Source: Thermoanaerobaculia bacterium (GTDB taxonomy: Bacteria; Acidobacteriota; Thermoanaerobaculia; Multivoradales; Multivoraceae). From it: 64,000 nt of DNA. The notes beneath the pieces were generated by a model that did not search any database, was not told the DNA's origin, and saw only the letters and a list, made by a program, of their open reading frames with translations. The stretch lies in assembly GCA_963664405.1 (NCBI GenBank), contig OY761158.1:5920001-5984000 (forward strand), given 5' to 3'. Positions 30,031-39,178 of this stretch are shown here, one piece after another; the first letter of the stretch is position 1, and each line of letters starts with the position of its first letter. The position numbers and the translations under genes were made by a program.

Positions 30031-30762
30031 TTGCCACCGCTCTTGGAGCGGCGCTGCGAGGTGGATGTGTGCGCGAATAGACCGTCTCTGTGGGCCGTCG
30101 TGCCCGTCAAAGAGCTGTGGCGCTCGAAGCAGCGCTTGAACGATGTGCTCTTTGCTGATGAGCGGGAGCGGCTGGTTCGAACGATGCTTCATGACGTGCT
30201 CGATGCCCTGATGTCGGCCGGAGTGTTGGTGGATGTGCTGGTTGTGACCCGCGATGCCACCTTGGGGGAGTTCGCCAGAGCGCGCGGCGCCGAGATTCTC
30301 GCCGAAGAGGAGGGGGGCGATCTCAATGCGGCGCTCGCCCACGCGGCGGATCATCTGAGCGAGATGGGGGCCCCTGGAATGCTGGTGGTGCCAGGCGATG
30401 TCCCGGCCCTTACCACCGACGAGGTCAGAGAACTGGCACAGGCCCACGGCCCATCGCCGGCGGTCACACTGGTCGCAGATCGTCACGGCCAGGGAACCAA
30501 CGCTCTGGCTGCTTCCCCTCCAGACATCTGCCCCTTTCTTTTCGGCGAGGGTAGTTTCGATAAACACCTTGCCGCTGCTGCCGAGGTCGGTGCGGAGTTG
30601 CAGGTGCTCGATCTCCCAGGTTTGCGTCACGACGTCGATACCGAGACCGATCTCGACGACCTCGCCTATATGGCTCCCGGCTTAGAGACCGGCGAGCTCC
30701 TTCGCAGTCTCGGCCGCGTCGTAGTGCCGCGTGGGTTGGCCTCGCCGGAGGAACGACTTTGA
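30031..30762 (+). CDS. cofC: 2-phospho-L-lactate/PEP guanylyltransferase (F420 biosynthesis)
   Basis: WAVVPVK...SKQRL, ML.DVL, LN.AL, GDVP, D..G.GTNAL, FGEGSF..H and DVDT..DL; adjacent to fbiC. Start uncertain. Confidence 0.9.
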   Translation: MPPLLERRCEVDVCANRPSLWAVVPVKELWRSKQRLNDVLFADERERLVRTMLHDVLDALMSAGVLVDVLVVTRDATLGEFARARGAEILAEEEGGDLNAALAHAADHLSEMGAPGMLVVPGDVPALTTDEVRELAQAHGPSPAVTLVADRHGQGTNALAASPPDICPFLFGEGSFDKHLAAAAEVGAELQVLDLPGLRHDVDTETDLDDLAYMAPGLETGELLRSLGRVVVPRGLASPEERL

Positions 30763-33218
30763 TGAGCGAGCAGCGGGGGTTCGTCGAAGCGCTGGTAGAG
30801 AGGCGCCCGGACCGTGAGGAGGCCCTGGCCCTGGCCGAGGTCGAGGATCTGGCGGCACTTCGTTCCGCCGCCGGACGCTTACGCGACAGCGGCTTCGGCA
30901 ACGTCGTCACTTTCTCGAAGAAGGTGTTTCTGCCGCTCACCCACCTTTGTCGCGATATCTGTCACTACTGCGTTTTTGCCAAGCCGCCGACCCCGGGTGA
31001 GGCCGTCTACATGTCTCGCGAGCAAGTGCTGGAGCAGGCGCGAACGGCGGCGAGTGCGGGCTGTAAGGAAGCCCTCTTCACCTTGGGCGACAAGCCCGAG
31101 CGGCGCTACAAAGCGGCGCGCGAAGGGCTCGCCGAGCTCGGACACGAAACAACCCTGTCCTATCTTCGCCAAGTCGCTGAGCTGGTCTTCGAGGAGACCG
31201 GCCTGCTGCCGCACCTCAACCCCGGCCTGATGAACGCGGCCGATCTGGCGGCGCTGCGACCGGTATCGGCATCCATGGGCATCATGCTGGAGAGTGCCTC
31301 CGATCGCCTGCTCGAGAAGGGCCAGGCGCACTACGGTTCTCCCGACAAGGTGCCGGGCCGCCGTCTCGAGACCCTTCGCCTCGCCGGATTGGCGCGCATT
31401 CCCTTCACTTCCGGAATCCTCATCGGTATCGGGGAAACGCGGCGGGAGAGGGTGGAGGCCCTGTTGGCGCTGCGCGAGCTGCACCGGCGCCATGGCCACC
31501 TCCAGGAGATCATCGTTCAGAATTTCCGCGCCAAGCCGGAGACTCGGATGGCGAGTGCCCCGGAGCCCAGCTTCGAGGATCTGCTGTGGACGGTCGCGGT
31601 CGCGCGGCTCGTCTTCGGTCCGGAGATGAGTATTCAGGCGCCGCCCAACCTGAGCCCCGGACTCCTCACCGACATCGTTGCCGCCGGGATCAACGATTGG
31701 GGTGGGGTCTCTCCCGTAACTCCCGACTTCGTCAATCCCGAGGCGCCTTGGCCCCACTTGGAGAAGTTGGCCGAGGAGACCAGGGCTGCAGGCAAGTTCT
31801 TGCAGGAGCGGCTTACTGTCTATCCCAGCTATGCCATCGATCGAGAGACCTGGCTCGACAAGCGTCTGTGGCCCCGGGTGCTGTCGATGATGGATAGCGA
31901 GGGGCTGGCGAGAGTGGGGGAGTGGTCGCCGGGTGCCGTAATGGATCCTCCTGTTGAAGATGTTGCTCGAGCCACCGGTGCAGGCCCGTCACCTCGGATC
32001 AGCGCACCCCTGGCCGATCTGATCGCCAAGTCGAAGGGCGGCGAAGAGCTCTCTCAGGCCGAAGTCGCAAGGCTCTTCACTGCGAGGGGTGACGACTTTG
32101 CCGCGGTGTGCCGAGCCGCGGACGATCTGCGTCGAGAGGTCAATGGTGACACCGTCACTTACGCCGTCAATCGGAATATCAATTACACCAACGTCTGCTA
32201 CTTCCGCTGCCAGTTCTGTGCTTTCTCCAAGGGCAAACTGTCGGAGAACCTGCGCGGTAAGCCCTACGACCTCGGTCTAGAGGAAGTGCAGCGCCGCGTC
32301 GCCGAGTCCTGGGACCGAGGCGCCACCGAGGTGTGTATGCAGGGGGGCATCCATCCCGACTACACCGGGCAGACCTACTTGGACCTGTGCCGTGCGGTGA
32401 AAGAGGCGGCACCCGAGATCCACATCCATGCCTTCTCCCCGTTGGAGGTTTGGCAGGGGGCGGCGACCCTCGGCGTTAGTCTCGAGGACTTTCTGCGTCA
32501 GCTCAAGGATGCCGGCCTTGGCACGCTGCCCGGCACCGCGGCGGAGATTCTCGACGACGAGATCCGAGCGATCATCTGCCCCGACAAGATCACTGCCGAC
32601 CAATGGTTGGAGGTGATGGAAACGGCTCACGGTGTCGGCTTCCGCACCACCTCGACGGTCATGTACGGTCATGTCGAAGGGCCGGTCAACCTAGCGCGGC
32701 ACTTGCTACGGTTGCGCGAATTGCAGAGTCGGACGGGCGGGTTCACCGAATTCGTACCGCTGCCCTTTGTGCACATGGAGGCGCCGATCTATCTCAAGGG
32801 TGGAGCTCGCATGGGGCCGACTTTTCGCGAAGCGGTGCTGATGCATGCGGTTGCCCGACTTGCCCTTCACCCGTTGTTCCACAACATTCAGGTGTCGTGG
32901 GTGAAGATGGGGCCGGAGGGGGTCAAGGCGGCTCTGCACGCCGGCTGCAACGATCTCGGTGGGACGCTGATGAACGAGTCCATTACTCGCGCTGCCGGAG
33001 CCGAGTGGGGGCAGGAGATGCCTCCCGCCGAGATGGAGGCGCTCATTCGCAGCTGTGGCCGCCAGCCGCGGCAGCGGAGCACGACCTACGGCCACCCGTC
33101 CGAGGAGCGTATCGAAGCTTCGATGGCGGCAGCCCCCTTGGAAGCCATCGTCAACACACCTGCCCACCGTTACGAGCGAGAAGAGCCCGTGACACTGCTG
33201 CGCCCGGGAGTCGAATGA
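30759..33218 (+). CDS. fbiC: Bifunctional FO synthase (CofG-CofH fusion)
   Basis: Two radical-SAM motifs (CRDICHYC, CYFRCQFC); IQAPPNL, GINDWGG.SP and NDLGGTLMNESI. Confidence 0.95.
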   Translation: MMSEQRGFVEALVERRPDREEALALAEVEDLAALRSAAGRLRDSGFGNVVTFSKKVFLPLTHLCRDICHYCVFAKPPTPGEAVYMSREQVLEQARTAASAGCKEALFTLGDKPERRYKAAREGLAELGHETTLSYLRQVAELVFEETGLLPHLNPGLMNAADLAALRPVSASMGIMLESASDRLLEKGQAHYGSPDKVPGRRLETLRLAGLARIPFTSGILIGIGETRRERVEALLALRELHRRHGHLQEIIVQNFRAKPETRMASAPEPSFEDLLWTVAVARLVFGPEMSIQAPPNLSPGLLTDIVAAGINDWGGVSPVTPDFVNPEAPWPHLEKLAEETRAAGKFLQERLTVYPSYAIDRETWLDKRLWPRVLSMMDSEGLARVGEWSPGAVMDPPVEDVARATGAGPSPRISAPLADLIAKSKGGEELSQAEVARLFTARGDDFAAVCRAADDLRREVNGDTVTYAVNRNINYTNVCYFRCQFCAFSKGKLSENLRGKPYDLGLEEVQRRVAESWDRGATEVCMQGGIHPDYTGQTYLDLCRAVKEAAPEIHIHAFSPLEVWQGAATLGVSLEDFLRQLKDAGLGTLPGTAAEILDDEIRAIICPDKITADQWLEVMETAHGVGFRTTSTVMYGHVEGPVNLARHLLRLRELQSRTGGFTEFVPLPFVHMEAPIYLKGGARMGPTFREAVLMHAVARLALHPLFHNIQVSWVKMGPEGVKAALHAGCNDLGGTLMNESITRAAGAEWGQEMPPAEMEALIRSCGRQPRQRSTTYGHPSEERIEASMAAAPLEAIVNTPAHRYEREEPVTLLRPGVE

Positions 33219-33949
33219 TCGATCTCTACTATTGGCCGACCCCGAACGGATGGAAGATCTCCATCGCTCTCGAGGAGATGGAGCTTCCCTACAAAGTCAT
33301 CCCGGTGAATATCGGCATCGGCGAGCAATTCACGCCCGAGTTTCTCGAGGTCAGCCCCAACAATCGGATGCCGGCGATCGTCGATCACGAGCCTCTGGGT
33401 GGTGGCGAGCCGATGGCGATCTTCGAATCCGGCGCGATTCTGCTCTATCTGGCCGAGAAGACCGGAAAGTTCATGCCACAGGAGCCGCGAGGTCGCTATG
33501 ACGTGACCCAGTGGGTGATGTGGCAGATGGCGAACCTTGGCCCGATGCTGGGGCAGCATGGCCACTTCAAGCTCTACGCTCCCGAGAAGATCCCCTACGC
33601 GATCGAGCGCTATCGCGACGAGGTGAACCGGATTTTTACGGTACTGGACGAACGGCTGGAGGGTCGCGACTACATCTGTGGTGAGTACACCATCGCCGAC
33701 ATGATCACCTGGCCGTGGACGATCACCTGGAAAGCCCAGGACATCGACCTGCCCGGGAAGTACCCGCACGTTCGCGCCTGGTACAACCGTTGTAAGGAGC
33801 GGCCCGGTCTACGTCGCGGCTACGAGGTGGGTCGTGATATCCGCACAATCTCCAAGAAGGCTCCGGACGAGAAGACTCGCGCGATTCTGTTCAGCAACAA
33901 GCGACCTCCTCGGGTCAGGGCTCAAAAAGAATCTGACGGAGCTGCTTGA
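33215..33949 (+). CDS. Glutathione S-transferase (YfcG/Ure2-like)
   Basis: MIDLYYWPTPNGWK, SPNNRMPAI and FESGAILLYLAEK; ATGA overlap with the fbiC stop. Confidence 0.9.
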   Translation: MIDLYYWPTPNGWKISIALEEMELPYKVIPVNIGIGEQFTPEFLEVSPNNRMPAIVDHEPLGGGEPMAIFESGAILLYLAEKTGKFMPQEPRGRYDVTQWVMWQMANLGPMLGQHGHFKLYAPEKIPYAIERYRDEVNRIFTVLDERLEGRDYICGEYTIADMITWPWTITWKAQDIDLPGKYPHVRAWYNRCKERPGLRRGYEVGRDIRTISKKAPDEKTRAILFSNKRPPRVRAQKESDGAA

Positions 33950-34328
33950 GGTCGTCGCTGAGCTCGAGCTCTCCGGCCGGTACCTTGTTACCGCTGAGAA
34001 TGTAAGCGACGAGATCGGCGGTCTGCCGCCGCGAAAGTGTGCCTGGCGCCTCTTGCGGCATCTCGAGCTGGATCAGCTCGAAGAGCTCGCCTAGCGATCG
34101 CTTCGCCCACCGGCTTCGGAAGGTATGATCGGCGAGCAGGGTCGACATCTCGGGGACGAAGGCCGAAAGCTCTCCGTGGCAGGACACGCACTGCTCTTTG
34201 TAGAGCACTTCGCCGCGCGCTGCCTGCTCCGCCGTGTAGGGGCCGCCCTGGGTCGCTGGCGGTCCCTCCCCGAGGGCAGCGACTCCAACCGTCACCAGGA
34301 CCGCCGTCGCGACGGTGAGTGCTCGCAT
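33915..34328 (-). CDS. Periplasmic monoheme cytochrome c
   Basis: Signal peptide, YT.EQA.RG..LY, CVSCHG and distal MP..APG.L. Confidence 0.88.
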   Translation of the reverse strand: MRALTVATAVLVTVGVAALGEGPPATQGGPYTAEQAARGEVLYKEQCVSCHGELSAFVPEMSTLLADHTFRSRWAKRSLGELFELIQLEMPQEAPGTLSRRQTADLVAYILSGNKVPAGELELSDDLKQLRQILFEP

Positions 34329-35354
34329 CTAACGGCCGATGATCAGCGTCGCGTTGCGCTTCGGGACTATGCCTCCGGTGTCGATCTTGGTGACCACCTT
34401 CACCGCTCCGATGTCGAGTACGGCGACGCTGCTGTCCCCGGCCAGCGAGATGTAGGCGAAGCGGCTGTCCGGCGTTATGGTGATCCAGTTGGGTGAGTCG
34501 CCGACTCTGACACCGCCCACCAGTTCGAGGTCCGGCAGCGTGTAGACATAGACGCTGCTGTTCAGACTACTGTTCGCCACGAGATGGCGGAGGTCGGGGG
34601 TGACGCCGATGCCGTGGGCGGTATTGCCGGTATGCCCGGGAGTCTGCTGATCGGCCGGCAGCTCGGGATACTCGATTCGGGTGACCTCCTTGCGGGTCTC
34701 GAAGTCGAGCACACCGAAGCCGTTGAAGCCGGAGAGTTGGGCGTAGATCCGCCGGGTGGATCCATCGGCGTTGGTGTCGAAAGCCATCGGTCGGATGCCG
34801 CGGTCCCAATACGTCGTCCACACCGGCATGTCGGTTGCGGTGTCGACGACGGTAATATTCCGTGCGCCGATCATGCCGGCGACGGCGTACTTGCCGTCGG
34901 GAGTGACATAGGTGTTGTGCACGCCACCATGCACCGAGATCGTCGCGGAGATCTCGTTCGAGCTGGTGTCGAGGACCTGGAGCGCGCCGGGGGCCTCGGC
35001 GATGGCCACATAGACCTTGCGTCCGTCTGGGGTGATGGCGATGTTATTGGGACGCCCGCTGAGGGGAACCTTGTGGATTACCGCGAGCTTCGACACGTCG
35101 ACGACATCGATGGTGTTGTCGGACTCGTTGGCTACGTAGAGTCGGCGTCCGTCGGGCGACGGTGCGGCCCCGTGCGCTCGCTCGACTCCGGGGATCTCGC
35201 CGACGACGGTGTTGGTCACCGGGTCGATGATGTGGATGTTGTCGCCCATGCTATTGGTTTGGACGATGCGGACGGTGTCCGCCGCCGCCGTTGGGAGCGG
35301 CAAGAGGAGGATCACAGCCGTCAGACTGCATGTCAGCTTTGTTCTCTTGGCCAT
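34329..35354 (-). CDS. Secreted YVTN/YncE-type beta-propeller protein
   Basis: Signal peptide and repeated (I/V)TPDG(R/K)..YV blades. Confidence 0.85.
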   Translation of the reverse strand: MAKRTKLTCSLTAVILLLPLPTAAADTVRIVQTNSMGDNIHIIDPVTNTVVGEIPGVERAHGAAPSPDGRRLYVANESDNTIDVVDVSKLAVIHKVPLSGRPNNIAITPDGRKVYVAIAEAPGALQVLDTSSNEISATISVHGGVHNTYVTPDGKYAVAGMIGARNITVVDTATDMPVWTTYWDRGIRPMAFDTNADGSTRRIYAQLSGFNGFGVLDFETRKEVTRIEYPELPADQQTPGHTGNTAHGIGVTPDLRHLVANSSLNSSVYVYTLPDLELVGGVRVGDSPNWITITPDSRFAYISLAGDSSVAVLDIGAVKVVTKIDTGGIVPKRNATLIIGR

Positions 35355-35378
35355 CGTCAAGCTCCTATTGCGCCAGGC

Positions 35379-36410
35379 TCAGTGTGCGATCAGTGGCTCG
35401 CAACCGGTGTCGGATAGCACCTCGGTGACTTTACGGCGATCGTCGCCGCTGAGTGCTTCGTACTGTTCCCGAATCCACTGTAGGCACTTGCCCTGGTAGG
35501 GGAAAGGTTGCTGCACCCAGGGTCGGTCGTCGATGGTGGTCTCGACTTTTTCGGCACCAGAGACCAGTGCCTTGGCGTTGGCGAGCAGGAATGGGGTGTA
35601 GACGCGCCCGACCTCGGCAAATAGATCTCCCAGCCGGTCTCGCAGCGAATCGCGGTCGAGCCAGCCGTCTTCGGTGGGATCGAGGCCGCTCAGGTCGTCC
35701 GTGACGTCTACCCAGGCGAAGACCCGAGGCGCCTGCGAGAGGGCGAGCTCCATCGGGGTCGGATCGAACTTGGCGAGCTGGGTGAGCTGCGCATAGGCGG
35801 CGAAATCGGAGGCGCCGGGGCGCTGTCCCATGACAAAGGGCTGCGATTCCAAGAGCACCCGAAAGATACCCAGGTAGCGCTCGTAGCTTGCCTCGATCAC
35901 CGGGGCTGTCGTGTCGTTCGAGCCGACCACGTAGAGACGTGAGATCTGGCGATCCTGGATGCGCTTCTTCGCCAGCTGTATCTCGTCCTCGGGAGTCGAG
36001 ACGCCGCGCCATCGTGGAAGGATCTCGCCCGACTTCTCGATGTCGGGCTCGTAGTACCAGCGATAGTGAAACATCGCCTTGGTCAGCCACTCGTCGCCGT
36101 AGTCTTCGAGCAGGTAGTCGATGAAGGCGACCACCGGATCGGTGGGGAGGGCCGAGCGTCCCTCAAATGCGGCCTCGAAGCGGCGGATGAGGGGGGTCGA
36201 GTCGACCACCGCCTCGAGCGCGCCGTCGTCGTTGGGGAGGTAAAAGGTCGGTAGCAGGCGGACTTTGGGTTGAGGAAGGTCGGTCAGCGTTTCCGGCATC
36301 GACAGCAGGAAGCGGTAGGGGATCTGTCGATAGCGGAGATAGGCGAGCATCTTGCGGGTATAGGGCGAACCCGGTGCGCCGCTGAAGGTCAGGGGTGTGG
36401 GCAGTGTCAT
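35379..36410 (-). CDS. GST-like protein (GST N-terminal domain)
   Basis: GAPGSPYTRKM, DSTPLI, EDYGDEWL.K.MFHYRW and F.MG.RP..SDFA.Y.QL. Confidence 0.82.
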   Translation of the reverse strand: MTLPTPLTFSGAPGSPYTRKMLAYLRYRQIPYRFLLSMPETLTDLPQPKVRLLPTFYLPNDDGALEAVVDSTPLIRRFEAAFEGRSALPTDPVVAFIDYLLEDYGDEWLTKAMFHYRWYYEPDIEKSGEILPRWRGVSTPEDEIQLAKKRIQDRQISRLYVVGSNDTTAPVIEASYERYLGIFRVLLESQPFVMGQRPGASDFAAYAQLTQLAKFDPTPMELALSQAPRVFAWVDVTDDLSGLDPTEDGWLDRDSLRDRLGDLFAEVGRVYTPFLLANAKALVSGAEKVETTIDDRPWVQQPFPYQGKCLQWIREQYEALSGDDRRKVTEVLSDTGCEPLIAH

Positions 36411-36418
36411 CGCTGCCC

Positions 36419-37459
36419 CTAGAGTACGGCTTCGGCAACCACGTGCAGCGCCTCGAGCTGGCCGGTGCCCAGTAGCATCGAACCGACGTGATTCTTCTTG
36501 CCGGCCGCGATCCACGTTTGCAGGCGGTCGCGGATGCGATCGGCCGGGCCGACCAGGGCGAGGTCGTCGACCAGCTCATCGGGTACCGCCGCTGCCGCCT
36601 CGGCGCGCTCGCCGGCAAGAAAGTGGTTCTGGATCTTGACCGCCGCCTCTTCGTAGCCCAGACGCTTGGCGTAGTCATTGTAGAAATTCTTGTCGCGAGC
36701 CCCCATGCCCCCGATATAGAGGGCGAGATTGGTCTTGACCGGTAGGCGGCACTTCTCGACATCGTCGCCCATGACCACAGTCACGAAAGGAGCGATCTCG
36801 AAGTCGTCGAGACTCTTCTCTTCCTCGGCCTTGGCGAAGCCTTCGTTGAGGGGTTCTTCGAAGAGATCGAAGCGCTCAGGGTTCATCCACACCGGAAAAA
36901 CTCCCTGGGCGACCTCGGCGCTGCAGGCGATTCCTTTGGGTGAGATCGAGGCGGTGAAGATCGGGATCGAAGTGTCGGCGGCGAGTATGCTCTTGAGCGG
37001 CCTGCCCAGGCCGGTGCCGTCGTCGCCCTGATAGGGGAGCTGGTAGTGGTAGCCCTGGTGGGTGACCCGTTCTTCGCGAGCCATGATCTTGCGGATGATC
37101 GAAATGTACTCTTTAGTACGAGTCAGAGGGCGGCCGTAGGCCTGCCCGTGCCACCCTTCGACGACCTGGGGGCCGGAGGGTCCGAGGCCGAGAATGAAAC
37201 GCCCACCGGAGAGTTGGTTGAGGGTCATGGCGGTCATCGCGGTGCAGGCCGGGGTGCGAGCCTGCATCTGCATGATCGAGGTGCCGACCTTGATCTTTTT
37301 GGTACCCGCGAGCATGTAAGTTGCCGGTGTGATCGCGTCGGCGCCCCACGCTTCGGTGGTCCATAGAGAGTCGAAACCGAGCTCTTCCGCTCGTTTGATG
37401 ACATCCCACGGAAGATTGATGGTCTTCCCACGGTAGTTGACGACGATACCCAGTTTCAT
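36419..37459 (-). CDS. LLM-class F420-dependent oxidoreductase
   Basis: WTTEAWGAD, RTPA.TAMTA.TL..LSGGRF.LGLG.SGPQVVEGWHG and LALYIGGMGARDKNFY; fbiC/cofC nearby. Confidence 0.9.
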   Translation of the reverse strand: MKLGIVVNYRGKTINLPWDVIKRAEELGFDSLWTTEAWGADAITPATYMLAGTKKIKVGTSIMQMQARTPACTAMTAMTLNQLSGGRFILGLGPSGPQVVEGWHGQAYGRPLTRTKEYISIIRKIMAREERVTHQGYHYQLPYQGDDGTGLGRPLKSILAADTSIPIFTASISPKGIACSAEVAQGVFPVWMNPERFDLFEEPLNEGFAKAEEEKSLDDFEIAPFVTVVMGDDVEKCRLPVKTNLALYIGGMGARDKNFYNDYAKRLGYEEAAVKIQNHFLAGERAEAAAAVPDELVDDLALVGPADRIRDRLQTWIAAGKKNHVGSMLLGTGQLEALHVVAEAVL

Positions 37460-37599
37460 GACCCATTCCTCCGAGCTGAAGTTAAAGCGGTGTCCAAGAG
37501 GTGGAGTCTATCCCTCCTTTTACCGCGAGGGCGCCTAGATATCTCCAATAGCTCACGTTCGTGACGCATGAATCAAGTTCTTCTCGAAGCGAACTCCGT

Positions 37600-37729
37600 G
37601 CCGGCCGTTCAGGGTGCCCCAGATCGCCGCAGCGCAGGAGCGAGGCGACGCAGCCGTACTCCGCGTACGGCGGAGGAGCCGAACGACGAGCACGCGGTGA
37701 GGTGGGGTGCCCTGGACGGCCGGCCCTAG
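37600..37729. mobile_element. Small foldback (MITE-like) element
   Basis: GCCGGCCGTTCAGGGTGCCCCA (37600-37621) pairs with TGGGGTGCCCTGGACGGCCGGC (37703-37724) allowing G-U pairs. Inner hairpin GCCGTAC-TCCGC-GTACGGC; ends at a CTAG. Confidence 0.6.
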
Positions 37730-38035
37730 GCTTCTGTCAGCTCCTCGTTGGGCTCGACCCGCAGGCCACGGCGGACGGGCCCGACGACAGCGAGCAGGCG
37801 ACAACGATCATCAACGCGGCGGCAGCGGGGAGGACGCCCGGCACTTTCCAGCCGCCCATTTCTTCGACAGGGAGATAGTGCTCCAGGAAGGTCGCCAGGT
37901 CTCTCCAGCCTCGAGGGTCGCCTCACGGAGTTGAGTAAGCCCTCCCAGCTCCACGCGAGCTCGCCGGCCGGCTTCTTCCTTTGGCATGCCCCGGCGAATC
38001 AGATCGTCTTCCGCCATTGCCAGGTGAGCTTGGGA
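37726..38035 (-). pseudogene. Remnant of an acidobacterial duplicated orphan ABC permease (ADOP): N-terminal prefix joined to the extreme C-terminus
   Basis: QAHLAMAEDDLIRRGMPKEEAGRRARVELGGLTQLRE (permease-prefix-like) is followed within ~30 nt by ...LPAAAALMIVV/LLAVVGPVRRGLRVEPNEELTEA* (typical permease end), with frameshifts. Confidence 0.7.
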
Positions 38036-38066
38036 TGTCGAGAGGAGGGAGGGTACTCTCGCGAGC

Positions 38067-38978
38067 GTGATCGAGGCAGAGATCCATAGCCCGGACCACC
38101 CCGATAATCGGCCCTTCGTGGAATTCGCGCGCCGGGAGGCGGGAGCTGAGGTTCGGATCGACAACGTCTCGCGCGACTTCGGCCGCCCTTCGATTGTTTG
38201 GCGCCTGACCGCGCTCGATGGCTCTCGCGCGTGGCTCAAGCATCATGAAGGGCGCTATCTCTATGTCCGAGAGCTTCTCGGCCTCGAGCAATTCGTTCCG
38301 GCGCTCGGAGACCAGAGTTGGTGGTCTTCGCCTTCCCTGCTCGCAAAGAGCGATGAGATCGAAGCCATCTTGATGACGGAGGTCGAGGGCAAGCTCGTCG
38401 ATTCGACAGCGCTCTCGGCCGAAGAGCGCGCAGTGGCATTCATGTTGGCCGGCCGCTTCATCCGCAGCTTGCACGATGTCGGTCTCCCCGCCCCTGACGG
38501 GGTCGGCGTTGAGGACTATCTCCGCGAACGCTTGGACCACTATCAGGCTCAAGGCAAGGGCTTGGTTGACGAAGAAGTCTTCGAGTGGGGACGAGAGTTG
38601 ATTGAGCGGGCATGTTCTGTCACCGGCGCCAAACGGGTGCCGTGTCACATGGACTTTTCGCCGCGAAACTGGCTGCTTCAGCACAACGACGACGGCGCCC
38701 GCATAGGGATCATCGACTGGGAGAGAGCCCGCTGGGATCTTTGGCTGCAGGACGTCCAACGGATGGCCTACGACCACTGGCACCACGAGCCCCATCTCCG
38801 CGATGCCTACTTCGAGGGCTACGGTCGCGAGCCGACCGAAGGTGAGGAAGCGCAGCTCCAGGCGATCTGCCTGGTATCGGCCATCGCCAGCATTCGCTGG
38901 GCGGTCGAACACAGGGACACCCCCTTTGTGGAGCTGAGTCGCAAGCAGATCGAGAGAATCAGGAGAGCGACGACCTGA
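38067..38978 (+). CDS. Aminoglycoside phosphotransferase/kinase-like protein
   Basis: PCHMDFSPRNWL, GIIDWE and YFEGYGR. Confidence 0.85.
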   Translation: MIEAEIHSPDHPDNRPFVEFARREAGAEVRIDNVSRDFGRPSIVWRLTALDGSRAWLKHHEGRYLYVRELLGLEQFVPALGDQSWWSSPSLLAKSDEIEAILMTEVEGKLVDSTALSAEERAVAFMLAGRFIRSLHDVGLPAPDGVGVEDYLRERLDHYQAQGKGLVDEEVFEWGRELIERACSVTGAKRVPCHMDFSPRNWLLQHNDDGARIGIIDWERARWDLWLQDVQRMAYDHWHHEPHLRDAYFEGYGREPTEGEEAQLQAICLVSAIASIRWAVEHRDTPFVELSRKQIERIRRATT

Positions 38979-39083
38979 GTCGGATCGGCGCTCAGGTGCC
39001 CGAGGACGCTTGAAGAGGAGATCGTGAGCGAGCTCCGTCGGACCGCTCCCAGACGCTCCCACAAGGGGAGTAGGGGCTAGGGT

Positions 39084-39135
39084 TGAATTTCCTTAGATAA
39101 AAATATATATTTGAGTATACAAAATATCAATAGAG
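39084..39135. promoter_or_regulatory. AT-rich intergenic patch with palindrome AAATATATATTT; possible promoter/operator
   Basis: TGAATTTCCTTAGATAAAAATATATATTTGAGTATACAAAATATCAATAG is by far the most AT-rich stretch in this high-GC window, upstream of the 39179-41876 gene run. Confidence 0.5.
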
Positions 39136-39178
39136 ACGATTCCATCTTGGCATCGATCGAGAGAGCTAGAGTGCGGTC

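Noticed and set aside
32603-33214. N-terminal extension of the GST ORF (448 aa call)
   Set aside because: It overlaps fbiC out of frame; the true GST starts at ATG 33215 (MIDLYYWPTPNG).
27763-38978. Antibiotic resistance from two APH-family kinases (and the MBL-fold genes elsewhere)
   Set aside because: Only fold-level motifs are present; the contexts are metabolic, with no mobile-element association.
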